A DNA stretch of 64,000 nucleotides from an uncultured bacterium (GTDB taxonomy: Bacteria; Patescibacteriota; Minisyncoccia; Phycocordibacterales; UBA9973), in NCBI GenBank assembly GCA_903838985.1, contig CAIMAO010000002.1, forward strand, positions 1,844 to 65,843, in the 5' to 3' direction. The translations under genes were made by a program, and so were the position numbers. The number at the start of each line of letters is the position of its first letter. The stretch's first letter is position 1. Shown here piece after piece: positions 56,065 through 64,000 of the stretch. The notes beneath the pieces are model-generated. The model worked only from the letters and a program-made list of their open reading frames with translations. It was not told the origin of the DNA and ran no database searches.

Positions 56065-56259
56065 ATGTCACAAAAACAATATTTGAAGACTATTGAAAGA
56101 GAGATACAAAGAATTAATAGAATCATTGATTTCAAGATAGTTCGTGGAGAAGAATATTCACGAGAAGCTCGAGATCATAAACTTCTTTTAAAGAAAGTAC
56201 GTTTTTATAATAGACAAGGTTTCTTTAGACGTTTATTTCCCAGCATTCTTTCATTCTAA
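56065..56259 (+). CDS. Small hypothetical protein (64 aa)
   Basis: ORF only. Followed by a palindromic element. Confidence 0.3.
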   Translation: MSQKQYLKTIEREIQRINRIIDFKIVRGEEYSREARDHKLLLKKVRFYNRQGFFRRLFPSILSF

Positions 56260-56269
56260 ATGTCGTTTC

Positions 56270-56350
56270 ATTTCTTTAAATTTTTTGTCCCTGCGTCCTT
56301 CTCGGAATACCGAGTGGGACCCTCGGGAAGCAAAAAATTCAAAGAAATTA
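56270..56350. repeat. GC-rich palindromic element (family 1) upstream of lexA
   Basis: Core gtccctgcgtccttctcggaataccgagtgggaccctcggga. Flanks ctttaaattttttg / caaaaaattcaaag. Confidence 0.8.
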
Positions 56351-56357
56351 TACTCAA

Positions 56358-56924
56358 ATGAAAAATATTTATCAAACAAAAATAGAAAATTTTTACTCAA
56401 AAAATAAAAGGATGCCGAGTTATTCTGAAATGATGGAACTCTTTGGTTTCAAATCTAAAAATGCGATTTTTAAAATTGTTAATAAACTTATTGAAGCAGG
56501 GGTAGTGGCAAAAGATCATTTAGGAAGATTAGTTCCTACAGAATCTTTTGGAGAAATACCAATGCTTGGTTTTGTGACGGCTGGGCTACCAGCTACTGTG
56601 GAAGAAGAGATGACTGACACTGTTAACTTAGATGATTTTTTAATTGGTAAAAAAGAATACACATATATGTTGGAAGTTGACGGAGATTCTATGATAGATG
56701 CACATATAGAGCGTGGGGATATGGTGCTCGTAGAGAAAGCCAATCAAGCGAAAGATATGCAGATAGTCATTGCTGAAATAGATGGAGAATTTACAATGAA
56801 ATATTTCCGCAAGGTTGGGAATAAATCTTGGCTCGAACCTGCTAATAAAAACTATAAACCAATTTATCCTACACAAAGCTTGAATGTCATAGCTGTGCTT
56901 AAAGCTGTAGTGAGGAAATACTAA
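56358..56924 (+). CDS. lexA: LexA repressor
   Basis: 188 aa. N-terminal wHTH. C-terminal S24 peptidase with ...GDSMIDAHIERGDMVLVEK... and the catalytic Ser/Lys context. Confidence 0.8.
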   Translation: MKNIYQTKIENFYSKNKRMPSYSEMMELFGFKSKNAIFKIVNKLIEAGVVAKDHLGRLVPTESFGEIPMLGFVTAGLPATVEEEMTDTVNLDDFLIGKKEYTYMLEVDGDSMIDAHIERGDMVLVEKANQAKDMQIVIAEIDGEFTMKYFRKVGNKSWLEPANKNYKPIYPTQSLNVIAVLKAVVRKY

Positions 56925-56937
56925 ATAGATAAAACAA

Positions 56938-56964
56938 AAACACCCCTTGCAGGGTGTTTTTTTA
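56938..56964. terminator. Bidirectional rho-independent terminator between lexA and hup
   Basis: aaaaacaccccttgcagggtgttttttt: a GC stem with A-run and T-run on either side. Confidence 0.7.
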
Positions 56965-56994
56965 GAGTCAATTCTTTTCGCGCGAAAGGAATTT

Positions 56995-57267
56995 TTATGA
57001 AACTGCGTCCTTTAGGGCTTTTGCAGCTCTAAATTTTGGAACTTTCTTTGCAGCTACTTTGACTTGTTCTCCAGTTTTTGGATTACGAGCCATTCTAGCA
57101 GCACGTCCTTTTACGGAAAAGATTCCGAAGCCAGCTATTGATACTTCTCCACCCTTTTTCATGGTGCTTACGATAGCATCAAAGATTCCATCTACGATTT
57201 CCTCAGCTTGTACTTTTGTACCACCGAGTTTACCGTGTACTAATTCAGCTAATGCTTGTTTGTTCAT
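56995..57267 (-). CDS. hup: DNA-binding protein HU
   Basis: MNKQALAELV...GFGIFSVKGRAARMARNPKTGEQVKVAAKKVPKFRAAKALKDAV. The ORF extends to 57327, but the HU alignment begins at MNKQ. Confidence 0.85.
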   Translation of the reverse strand: MNKQALAELVHGKLGGTKVQAEEIVDGIFDAIVSTMKKGGEVSIAGFGIFSVKGRAARMARNPKTGEQVKVAAKKVPKFRAAKALKDAVS

Positions 57268-57401
57268 ATCTTTTAAAAGGTTATTTTTATAATTCTTTCG
57301 ACCTTGTCCTGCCGTAGCAGTAGACATTACTTATATAATTACTACCTATATATTATATATCAAGGGTTTTTTAAGGGCAACCCCGTAGGTGCAACTGTTA
57401 A

Positions 57402-58931
57402 TTATCTAGCGTATTCTATTATTCTAGTCTCACGAATCATTGTGACTTTGATTTCACCAGGATATTTTAATTCTTGTTCTATTTTTACAGCAATATCATG
57501 AGCCATAAGTTTTGCCTCAGCGTCAGAAACTTTCTCAGGAGTGACGAATATACGTATTTCACGTCCAGCTTGTAATGCATATGATTTTTCAACACCATCA
57601 AATCCATTTACCAATGCTTCAAGTTCTTGCAATCTCTTTAAATAATTTTCTACAGAGTCACGTCGCGCTCCAGGACGGCCACCAGAGATAGAGTCAGCTG
57701 TCTGAACTATGATTGATTCTATTGTTTCATAAGGATAATCTTCATGGTGTGACTTCATTGCTGTGATGATGCGTTCATCTGCACCAAATTTCTGCAATAT
57801 TCTCATACCTATTTCAATATGTGTGCCTTGGACTTCATGATCAAGTGCTTTACCTATGTCATGTACTAATGCGCCAGCTTTAGCTATGGCAACATCTGCT
57901 CCTAGTTCTTCTGCAATCATTCCTGCGATGTGTGCCATCTCTATGGAGTGTTGAAGAACATTTTGTCCATAACTTGTGCGGAAATATAATCGTCCGATAA
58001 TGGCCACTATGCGTGGATCAAAATTAAATATTCCACATTCATAGACAGCTTGTTCTCCTTTTTCTTTAATTATTTTATTTATTTCCTCTTTTGCTTTTTC
58101 TATTAGTTCTTCTATTTTAGCTGGTTGGATACGTCCATCTAAAATCAAATTTTCAAGGGCAAGACGAGCGACTTGTCTTCTGATAGGGTCAAATGAAGAA
58201 ATGATTATTGAACCAGGTGTGTCATCTACTATGAGCTCAACTCCGGAGGCTCTTTCAAAAGCCCTTATATTTCGGCCTTCTTTTCCGATAACCTTACCTT
58301 TTATCTCATTATTTGGAATACTTACTATTGTTGTCATCAACTCTGAAGCTGTGCTTGAAGCAAGACGTTGAATAGAAGTAGCCAAAATGTCTTTTGCTCT
58401 TCTGTCTAATTTTTCTTCGTTAGTATTTTCAAGTTTTTGTATTCTAACCAAAATATCTTCTTCATACTTCTTTTCAATATCGTGCATTAATTCTTCTTTA
58501 GCTGCTTCTTCTGTCAACCTTGAAACTCTTTCAAGCTCAATTCTTTTTTCGTTTTCTATAGCTAATACTTTTTCTTGAATTTTCTTTACTTCTTCTACTT
58601 TTGATTTAATGTTTTCAGCTTCTTTATTTATTTCTACTTGTCTAACGTCTAAAAACTCATCTTTTTTGATAAGTCTTTTTTCTGTTTCCTTAAATTCTTG
58701 TTCGTGTTTTTTTTCTTCTTCTTTTAACTCAGCAAGTCTTTTTTCCGCTTTGTTTTTTGCTTCGTCTGTTATCTTTTGTGCTTCTTCTTTAGCACCGACC
58801 AACATTTGTTTGATATCTATTTCTATAGATTTCCTTTTACCTAATGCCACTATCACACGAAGATAGTATCCTATACCTACACCTAAAAGGAGTACAACGA
58901 CTCCGATTATTATTGTTATTAATGAGCTCAT
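57402..58931 (-). CDS. rny: Ribonuclease Y
   Basis: 509 aa. N-terminal TM, long coiled coil, KH domain (...GKVIGKEGRNIRAFE...) and HD domain (...LVHDIGKAL...). Confidence 0.85.
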   Translation of the reverse strand: MSSLITIIIGVVVLLLGVGIGYYLRVIVALGKRKSIEIDIKQMLVGAKEEAQKITDEAKNKAEKRLAELKEEEKKHEQEFKETEKRLIKKDEFLDVRQVEINKEAENIKSKVEEVKKIQEKVLAIENEKRIELERVSRLTEEAAKEELMHDIEKKYEEDILVRIQKLENTNEEKLDRRAKDILATSIQRLASSTASELMTTIVSIPNNEIKGKVIGKEGRNIRAFERASGVELIVDDTPGSIIISSFDPIRRQVARLALENLILDGRIQPAKIEELIEKAKEEINKIIKEKGEQAVYECGIFNFDPRIVAIIGRLYFRTSYGQNVLQHSIEMAHIAGMIAEELGADVAIAKAGALVHDIGKALDHEVQGTHIEIGMRILQKFGADERIITAMKSHHEDYPYETIESIIVQTADSISGGRPGARRDSVENYLKRLQELEALVNGFDGVEKSYALQAGREIRIFVTPEKVSDAEAKLMAHDIAVKIEQELKYPGEIKVTMIRETRIIEYAR

Positions 58932-59430
58932 AAGCCTTTGTCGGCTTACAAAAACAAGCCACTATACTTGCAGTTTTGCTTTAATGCAAAAGATATGATT
59001 AACCCCGCCTAGGCGTGGGAGATTTTCTCTGATGTTTTTATCTTGCAACAACATATATGGGATATTTCTATAAACCAATTTAAAATAAATTTTTAAAAGT
59101 CAACATTAATAATATAACAAATTATATCGTTATTGTCTATCTATTGCTTTTTATATCAAAAATGTGTTATAATGTTTTTGGAGACTATTATATAATTGTT
59201 GTTTCTATTTTCTAATTTTTTTTGGGAGTTTTTGTATGGGAAAGAGTAAAAAAGAATCTACTGACAATGAAGAAAAAGGATTCTACAACCCAAAAGATTT
59301 GGCTTGGTGGGCTAGATCGAGGCCAGATGGCACTAATCGTAATTATGGTTCAACTGCGAACTTTGCTTGTCTCCAAAGAACAAAAAGGAGGGGGGTTGCC
59401 AGTAGAACCTAGTTAAAAGTTTTTAAAACA

Positions 59431-59463
59431 AAAGCCCCAGACGTTTAGCGTCTGGGGCTTTAA
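59431..59463. terminator. Bidirectional rho-independent terminator downstream of clpP
   Basis: aaagccccagacgtttagcgtctggggcttta. Confidence 0.7.
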
Positions 59464-59472
59464 TCATTTTAT

Positions 59473-60072
59473 TTAAGCTTTTGAAGCAGGTGTTTTGGAT
59501 TTGGTGACTATTTCATCAACAATTCCGTATTTTTTAGCTTCGTCTGCATCCATAAAGAAGTCTCTTTCTACATCTTTTTCTATTTGAGATAAAGGTTTTC
59601 CTGTATTTTTAGCTAAAATTTTATTTAAACTATCTCTTGTTTTTAAAATATGTTTTGCTGAAATTGCTATATCTGTGGCTTGACCTTCTACTCCACCTAG
59701 AGGTTGATGAATCATTACTTCAGCGTTTGGAAGAATGAAGCGTTTGCCTTTTTTGCCTGCTGATAGGATAAGAGCGGCACCTGAAGCTGCGAGTCCTACG
59801 CAAAAAGTAGAAACATCTGGACGCACATGGCTCATGGTGTCTACTATTGCGAGAGTGGACGTGACAGATCCACCAGGGGAGTTTATATAAAGCGAAATAT
59901 CTTTTTTTGCATCTTCAGATTCGAGGAAAAGAAGCTGAGCGATGACAATATTTGCCACATTGTCATCTATTGGTCCTGCTAAAAATACTATTCTTTCTCT
60001 CAAGAGACGAGAATATATGTCATAAGCTCTTTCTCCAAATTGTGATTTTTCTATTACGGTTGGTATTAACAT
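59473..60072 (-). CDS. clpP: ATP-dependent Clp protease proteolytic subunit
   Basis: 199 aa. ...[10 protein letters not shown]...MIHQPLGG... catalytic Ser/His context. Confidence 0.9.
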   Translation of the reverse strand: MLIPTVIEKSQFGERAYDIYSRLLRERIVFLAGPIDDNVANIVIAQLLFLESEDAKKDISLYINSPGGSVTSTLAIVDTMSHVRPDVSTFCVGLAASGAALILSAGKKGKRFILPNAEVMIHQPLGGVEGQATDIAISAKHILKTRDSLNKILAKNTGKPLSQIEKDVERDFFMDADEAKKYGIVDEIVTKSKTPASKA

Positions 60073-60080
60073 ATTTTTAA

Positions 60081-61178
60081 TTATACTTGATTTTCTAAGA
60101 ATTGGAAAACTTTTTCATTAGTAAGAACATTTTCTGCGTGCATTTGAGCTCTTTCAGGATCTGCATCTTTGTAATGTTCCAATATTTGAGCGACTTCGAG
60201 GGCTACTTGTTCTTTATCTGCTTCAATTTTTTCTTTTTTAGCAATTTCATTTAAAACAAGAGCAAGTTTTGCTTTCTTTTCTGCATCATTTCTGAATTCT
60301 TTTTTCAAATCTTCTATTGTTTTATTTAAATGTTTCAGATAATCTTCAAATTTTAAGCCCATTTGTGTTATATCTGATTCCATCCTGTATAAAATTTTAT
60401 TTAATTCTACTTCAATTAAGATTTCAGGCATCTCAACTTTTAAATCATCAATTATTTTTTCAACAATTTTTAATCTAGTTTTTTCTTTTAATTGATTTTC
60501 TTTTTCTAGTTTTATATTTTCTTTTAATTTTTCTGTGAAGTCTTTTACATCTTTGAAGGGTCCTAATGCCTGAACAAAATCATCATTAAATTCTGGTAAT
60601 TCTGCTTCTTTTACTTCCTCTTTTTTCTCTTCGTGATTATGATCGTGTTCTTCGCCTTCTTTGTGAATGTGTTCAGCTTCTTCTGCCATGTGGATTTTTG
60701 GAGCACGAGATTTTCTTATATCCATAATAGTATCTTCAACTTCTTTTTCTGTTGGCTCTGTGTTTTTATCTTCTTCTTTTACTTCTGAAATGATTTTTTT
60801 AGAAATTTGTTTGTAATCAGGAAGTTGCATTTCTGGAATAGTTGCTGTTTTTATTTTAAAACCTAATGGGTTTTTGCGGGCAATTTTTGTAATGGAAATT
60901 TCTGGACGACTTATGGCATCTATCTTTTCTTCTTCTAAAATTTTTGGGTAGTGTTCACTTAATGCCATTTCCGCCATTTCTTCTAATATTTGTGCTTCAG
61001 GTATTTTAGAAATGAGAATATTTTCAGGAACTTTTCCTTTTCTAAAACCATCTATTTCTATATGTTCACCTATCTTTTTTAAGGCTTTATTGAAATAAGT
61101 TTCAAAAACATCAGCTTCTATTTCTCCTTCGATTTCTACTTCACTTTTTGGTAATTTTTTTATAGTTATTTTAGACAT
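60081..61178 (-). CDS. tig: Trigger factor (short form)
   Basis: 365 aa. N-terminal ribosome-binding domain pattern ...FRKGKVP.... Conserved tig-clpP synteny. Confidence 0.8.
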   Translation of the reverse strand: MSKITIKKLPKSEVEIEGEIEADVFETYFNKALKKIGEHIEIDGFRKGKVPENILISKIPEAQILEEMAEMALSEHYPKILEEEKIDAISRPEISITKIARKNPLGFKIKTATIPEMQLPDYKQISKKIISEVKEEDKNTEPTEKEVEDTIMDIRKSRAPKIHMAEEAEHIHKEGEEHDHNHEEKKEEVKEAELPEFNDDFVQALGPFKDVKDFTEKLKENIKLEKENQLKEKTRLKIVEKIIDDLKVEMPEILIEVELNKILYRMESDITQMGLKFEDYLKHLNKTIEDLKKEFRNDAEKKAKLALVLNEIAKKEKIEADKEQVALEVAQILEHYKDADPERAQMHAENVLTNEKVFQFLENQV

Positions 61179-61310
61179 ATAGCTATATTATATTTATCAT
61201 CGCTTTTTGTCAAAAATCATAAAAAAATAATGCTTTTTCACGGCTCGCACTCTAACCTGAATTTGGTTAACTAATTTAAAGTAGTGTATGCCGAAAAAAG
61301 CATTATTTTT

Positions 61311-61493
61311 TTATTTTATTGTAGATTCTACAGCACTAGAATTTTGATTATCTTGAGCCTTTTTTATATCTTTTATTTTTCCATAGAAAAGATATATTCC
61401 ACCAATAATTAGAATTATAATAATAACTATTGAACCAAAAAGTGCGCCGTTTGACTTTTTATCTGCTTCCATAGTTTTTATTCCTACTCGCAA
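61311..61493 (-). CDS. Small membrane protein (60 aa)
   Basis: ORF with a single TM helix (SIVIIIILIIGGIYLFY). Confidence 0.35.
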   Translation of the reverse strand: MRVGIKTMEADKKSNGALFGSIVIIIILIIGGIYLFYGKIKDIKKAQDNQNSSAVESTIK

Positions 61494-61526
61494 GAGTAGA
61501 TTAATTTTTAATATAACTTAGTTTAA

Positions 61527-63539
61527 TTATATCAACAAAGCAACGATAAGCAATGCAACAATGTTTAGAATTTTTATCATTGGGTTGATAGCAGGACCAG
61601 CTGTGTCTTTGTAAGGGTCTCCGACTGTGTCACCTGTGACAGCCGCTTTATGGGCTTCACTTCCTTTGCCTCCAAAATTACCACTTTCAATATATTTTTT
61701 TGCATTATCCCAAGCACCACCACCAGATGTCATTGATATTGCAACAAACAAACCTGTGATGATTGAGCCAACGAGAAGTCCTCCTAGAACTATTAAACCA
61801 TTTTCTCTTCCGAAAATTAGAACTACTAAAATAGGAGAAAGTACTGGAATTAAAGCAGGCAAGATCATTTGTTTGATTGCTGCACCAGTAATGATTGAAA
61901 CAGCTTTGGCATAATCTGGTTTTGCTGTGCCTTCCATAATTCCTTTTATTTCTCTAAATTGTCTGCGAATTTCTTCTACTACCTTTCCAGCAGTTTTACC
62001 CACAGCTTCCATACATAGTGCACCAAAGTAATATGGTAAAAGTCCACCTAAGAACAAACCGACTATTACATATGGATTACTTAATTCGAAAGAAATAGTT
62101 TTTCCAGCTTTTACAATTTCTTCAGTGTAAGAGGCGAAGAGAACAAGAGCAGCAAGTCCAGCGGAACCAATAGCATAACCTTTTGTGACAGCTTTCGTTG
62201 TGTTTCCTACAGCATCGAGTGGATCTGTAACATCACGAACTTCTTTTGGAAGCTCTGCCATTTCAGCTATACCTCCAGCATTGTCGGTGATAGGTCCATA
62301 AGCATCTATTGCAACAATGATACCAGTCATTGAAAGCATAGACATTGCAGCGACAGCTATACCATAAAGTCCACCGAAATAATAACTAACTAATATTCCT
62401 AAAACGATTGTAATTAATGGCCAAGCTGTAGCTTTCATTGAGATAGCTAAACCTTGAATAACATTTGTTCCGTGACCAGAGACAGATGCTTCAGCAATTG
62501 ATTTTACGGGAGCATATTTTGTAGAAGTGAAATATTCTGTGATAACGACAAGTGCTCCTGTGACAAATAGACCAGCAAGTGAACAGATAAACAAATCCAT
62601 TACTTCATATTTACCATTTCCAGTCATAAGCATTTTTGTGACAGGGTAGAAACTAACAGCGGCAATTATTCCAGAAGCGATAAGTCCTTTATATAAAGCA
62701 CCCATTATATTTTGAGTTTTACCCAAACGTACGAACCAAGTACCGATGATAGATGCAAATATCGCGATACCACCTATCACTAGTGGATAAAGAATTGCAT
62801 TTTCAAATCCAGCAAAAAGAAGAGAGCCTAAAAGCATTGTCGCGACAGATGTGACAGCATAAGTTTCAAACAAATCAGCAGCCATACCAGCACAGTCTCC
62901 CACGTTATCTCCCACGTTATCGGCTATTACTCCTGGGTTTCTTGGATCATCTTCTGGGATTCCTGCTTCAAGTTTACCTACAAGATCAGCACCGACATCA
63001 GCAGCTTTTGTAAAAATTCCTCCACCTAGTCTAGCAAAAACAGAAATAAGTGATGCGCCAAAACCGAGTCCGACTAAAGCACCGACATCTTGAGTGATTG
63101 CATAAAAAGCAGTGACACCAAGTAATGCAAGTCCGACTACTAAAAGTCCGGTGACTGTGCCACCCTTGAAAGCTAAAGATAATGCATCGTTTATTCCACC
63201 TCGTGCAGCTTCTGTTGTTCGCACGTTTGCTCTGACTGAAACATTCATGCCTATGTATCCTGCGAGTGCAGAGAAAAATGCTCCAACCAAAAATCCTAAA
63301 GCCATAGTCCAGCCGAGTTTTGGTATAAAACCAATAATCAAAAATAGAACTGCGGCTATCATTCCTATCGTTTTGTATTGTTTATTTAAATAAGCACCAG
63401 CACCTTCTTGGATAGCTTTAGCAATTTCTTGCATTCTTTCATTTCCGGCACTCTTTTTTAATATTGACTTAGCTAAAAACAAACCATAAACGATAGCGAT
63501 CACAGAACTAATAATTGCAAACAATAAAAATTGATTCAT
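61527..63539 (-). CDS. hppA: Membrane-bound proton-translocating pyrophosphatase (H+-PPase)
   Basis: 670 aa. ~15 TM helices. Motifs [36 protein letters not shown]. Confidence 0.9.
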   Translation of the reverse strand: MNQFLLFAIISSVIAIVYGLFLAKSILKKSAGNERMQEIAKAIQEGAGAYLNKQYKTIGMIAAVLFLIIGFIPKLGWTMALGFLVGAFFSALAGYIGMNVSVRANVRTTEAARGGINDALSLAFKGGTVTGLLVVGLALLGVTAFYAITQDVGALVGLGFGASLISVFARLGGGIFTKAADVGADLVGKLEAGIPEDDPRNPGVIADNVGDNVGDCAGMAADLFETYAVTSVATMLLGSLLFAGFENAILYPLVIGGIAIFASIIGTWFVRLGKTQNIMGALYKGLIASGIIAAVSFYPVTKMLMTGNGKYEVMDLFICSLAGLFVTGALVVITEYFTSTKYAPVKSIAEASVSGHGTNVIQGLAISMKATAWPLITIVLGILVSYYFGGLYGIAVAAMSMLSMTGIIVAIDAYGPITDNAGGIAEMAELPKEVRDVTDPLDAVGNTTKAVTKGYAIGSAGLAALVLFASYTEEIVKAGKTISFELSNPYVIVGLFLGGLLPYYFGALCMEAVGKTAGKVVEEIRRQFREIKGIMEGTAKPDYAKAVSIITGAAIKQMILPALIPVLSPILVVLIFGRENGLIVLGGLLVGSIITGLFVAISMTSGGGAWDNAKKYIESGNFGGKGSEAHKAAVTGDTVGDPYKDTAGPAINPMIKILNIVALLIVALLI

Positions 63540-63586
63540 ATATTTTTATATGACCCCTCGATAAACTCGGGGCAAGTTAATAATAA

Positions 63587-64000
63587 TTATTTTTCTTCTT
63601 CTATTATATCAGCAGAGCTGACTTCTTTTCCATTACCTTTTATGTCTATTCTCCAACCAGTAAGTTTTGCAGCTAAGCGAACATTTTGGCCACCTTTTCC
63701 TATTGCTAATGAGAGTTGATCATCTGCGACTTCTATTGTAGCTTTATGTTCATGTTCATCTATATTGATAGAAAGTACTTTTGCTGGAGAAAGGGAATTT
63801 GGAATAAATTGTTTTGGATCTTCTGACCAAGGAATGATATCTATCTTTTCACCCAAAAGTTCTTGAGTAATTGTGTTAACACGAGTACCTTTTTGTCCGA
63901 CACAAGAACCGACAGGGTCAATGTGTTCATCGTTTGAATGCACAGCTATCTTTGAACGAGAACCAGCTTCTCTAGCAATTGATTTTATCTCTACTGTTCC
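63587..64000 (-). CDS. nusA: Transcription termination/antitermination factor NusA (C-terminal part; gene continues beyond window end)
   Basis: ...[45 protein letters not shown]... KH-domain region of NusA. The reading frame is open to position 64000. Confidence 0.8.
   Translation of the reverse strand, partial: GTVEIKSIAREAGSRSKIAVHSNDEHIDPVGSCVGQKGTRVNTITQELLGEKIDIIPWSEDPKQFIPNSLSPAKVLSINIDEHEHKATIEVADDQLSLAIGKGGQNVRLAAKLTGWRIDIKGNGKEVSSADIIEEEK

Noticed and set aside
59222-59416. 64-aa ORF, and overlapping 58-aa alternative frame 59237..59413, between rny and clpP
   Set aside because: Two overlapping frames are both open. There is no recognisable domain and no clear SD. It could be a small protein, but the sequence alone gives no support.
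1-64000. rRNA genes, RNase P RNA, tmRNA, prophage structural genes, integrase adjacent to the tRNA cluster
   Set aside because: None were recognised. There are no 16S or 23S signature stretches, no tmRNA tag-reading frame or ...CCACCA tRNA-like end, and no capsid, terminase or integrase-like ORFs. XerC at 48788..49705 is the chromosomal dif recombinase by sequence.

Overview
This is an AT-rich (~33% GC) bacterial chromosomal segment. Its gene content suggests a streamlined, probably CPR/Patescibacteria-like organism.

**Gene content, left to right**
- The conserved rnpA-yidD-yidC-jag module on the + strand.
- An uninterrupted ~26 kb block of co-directional minus-strand genes (1958..27978). 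It holds a Gram-positive-style type IV secretion/conjugation-like cluster: VirB4 ATPase, PrgI/VirB3-like and VirB6/TrbL-like membrane proteins, an NlpC/P60 cell-wall hydrolase and several large secreted or membrane proteins. It then continues into rsmA and pcrA, followed by a coiled-coil/Amidase_2 envelope-protein set.
- A divergent LysM-M23 peptidase gene.
- A ~5.8 kb island of clearly higher GC (29.5–35.3 kb). It is organised as two cassettes that share a ~110 bp 5' leader and a 65 bp structured 3' repeat. The second cassette encodes a MoxR-like AAA+ ATPase, a CoxE-like VWA protein and a small third protein.
- A TrmB-like regulator, a 996-aa low-complexity protein and a ZIP zinc transporter.
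- A tRNA cluster (Gly-TCC, Pro-TGG plus a duplicated 5' tRNA-Pro fragment, Arg-TCG, Gly-GCC) around yraN and the CCA-adding enzyme gene.
- Housekeeping genes: murI, speH-like, xth, xerC/D, rpsO-NYN-pnp, dksA, comM, lexA, hup, rny, clpP, tig, an H+-pyrophosphatase and a partial nusA.

**Most unusual sequence-level signal**
Several families of short GC-rich palindromic repeats lie nested in locus-specific AT-rich hairpins. Some copies are intergenic. At least four are inserted in-frame inside essential genes (rsmA, pcrA twice, cca), in the manner of Rickettsia palindromic elements.

No rRNA or CRISPR array was seen.
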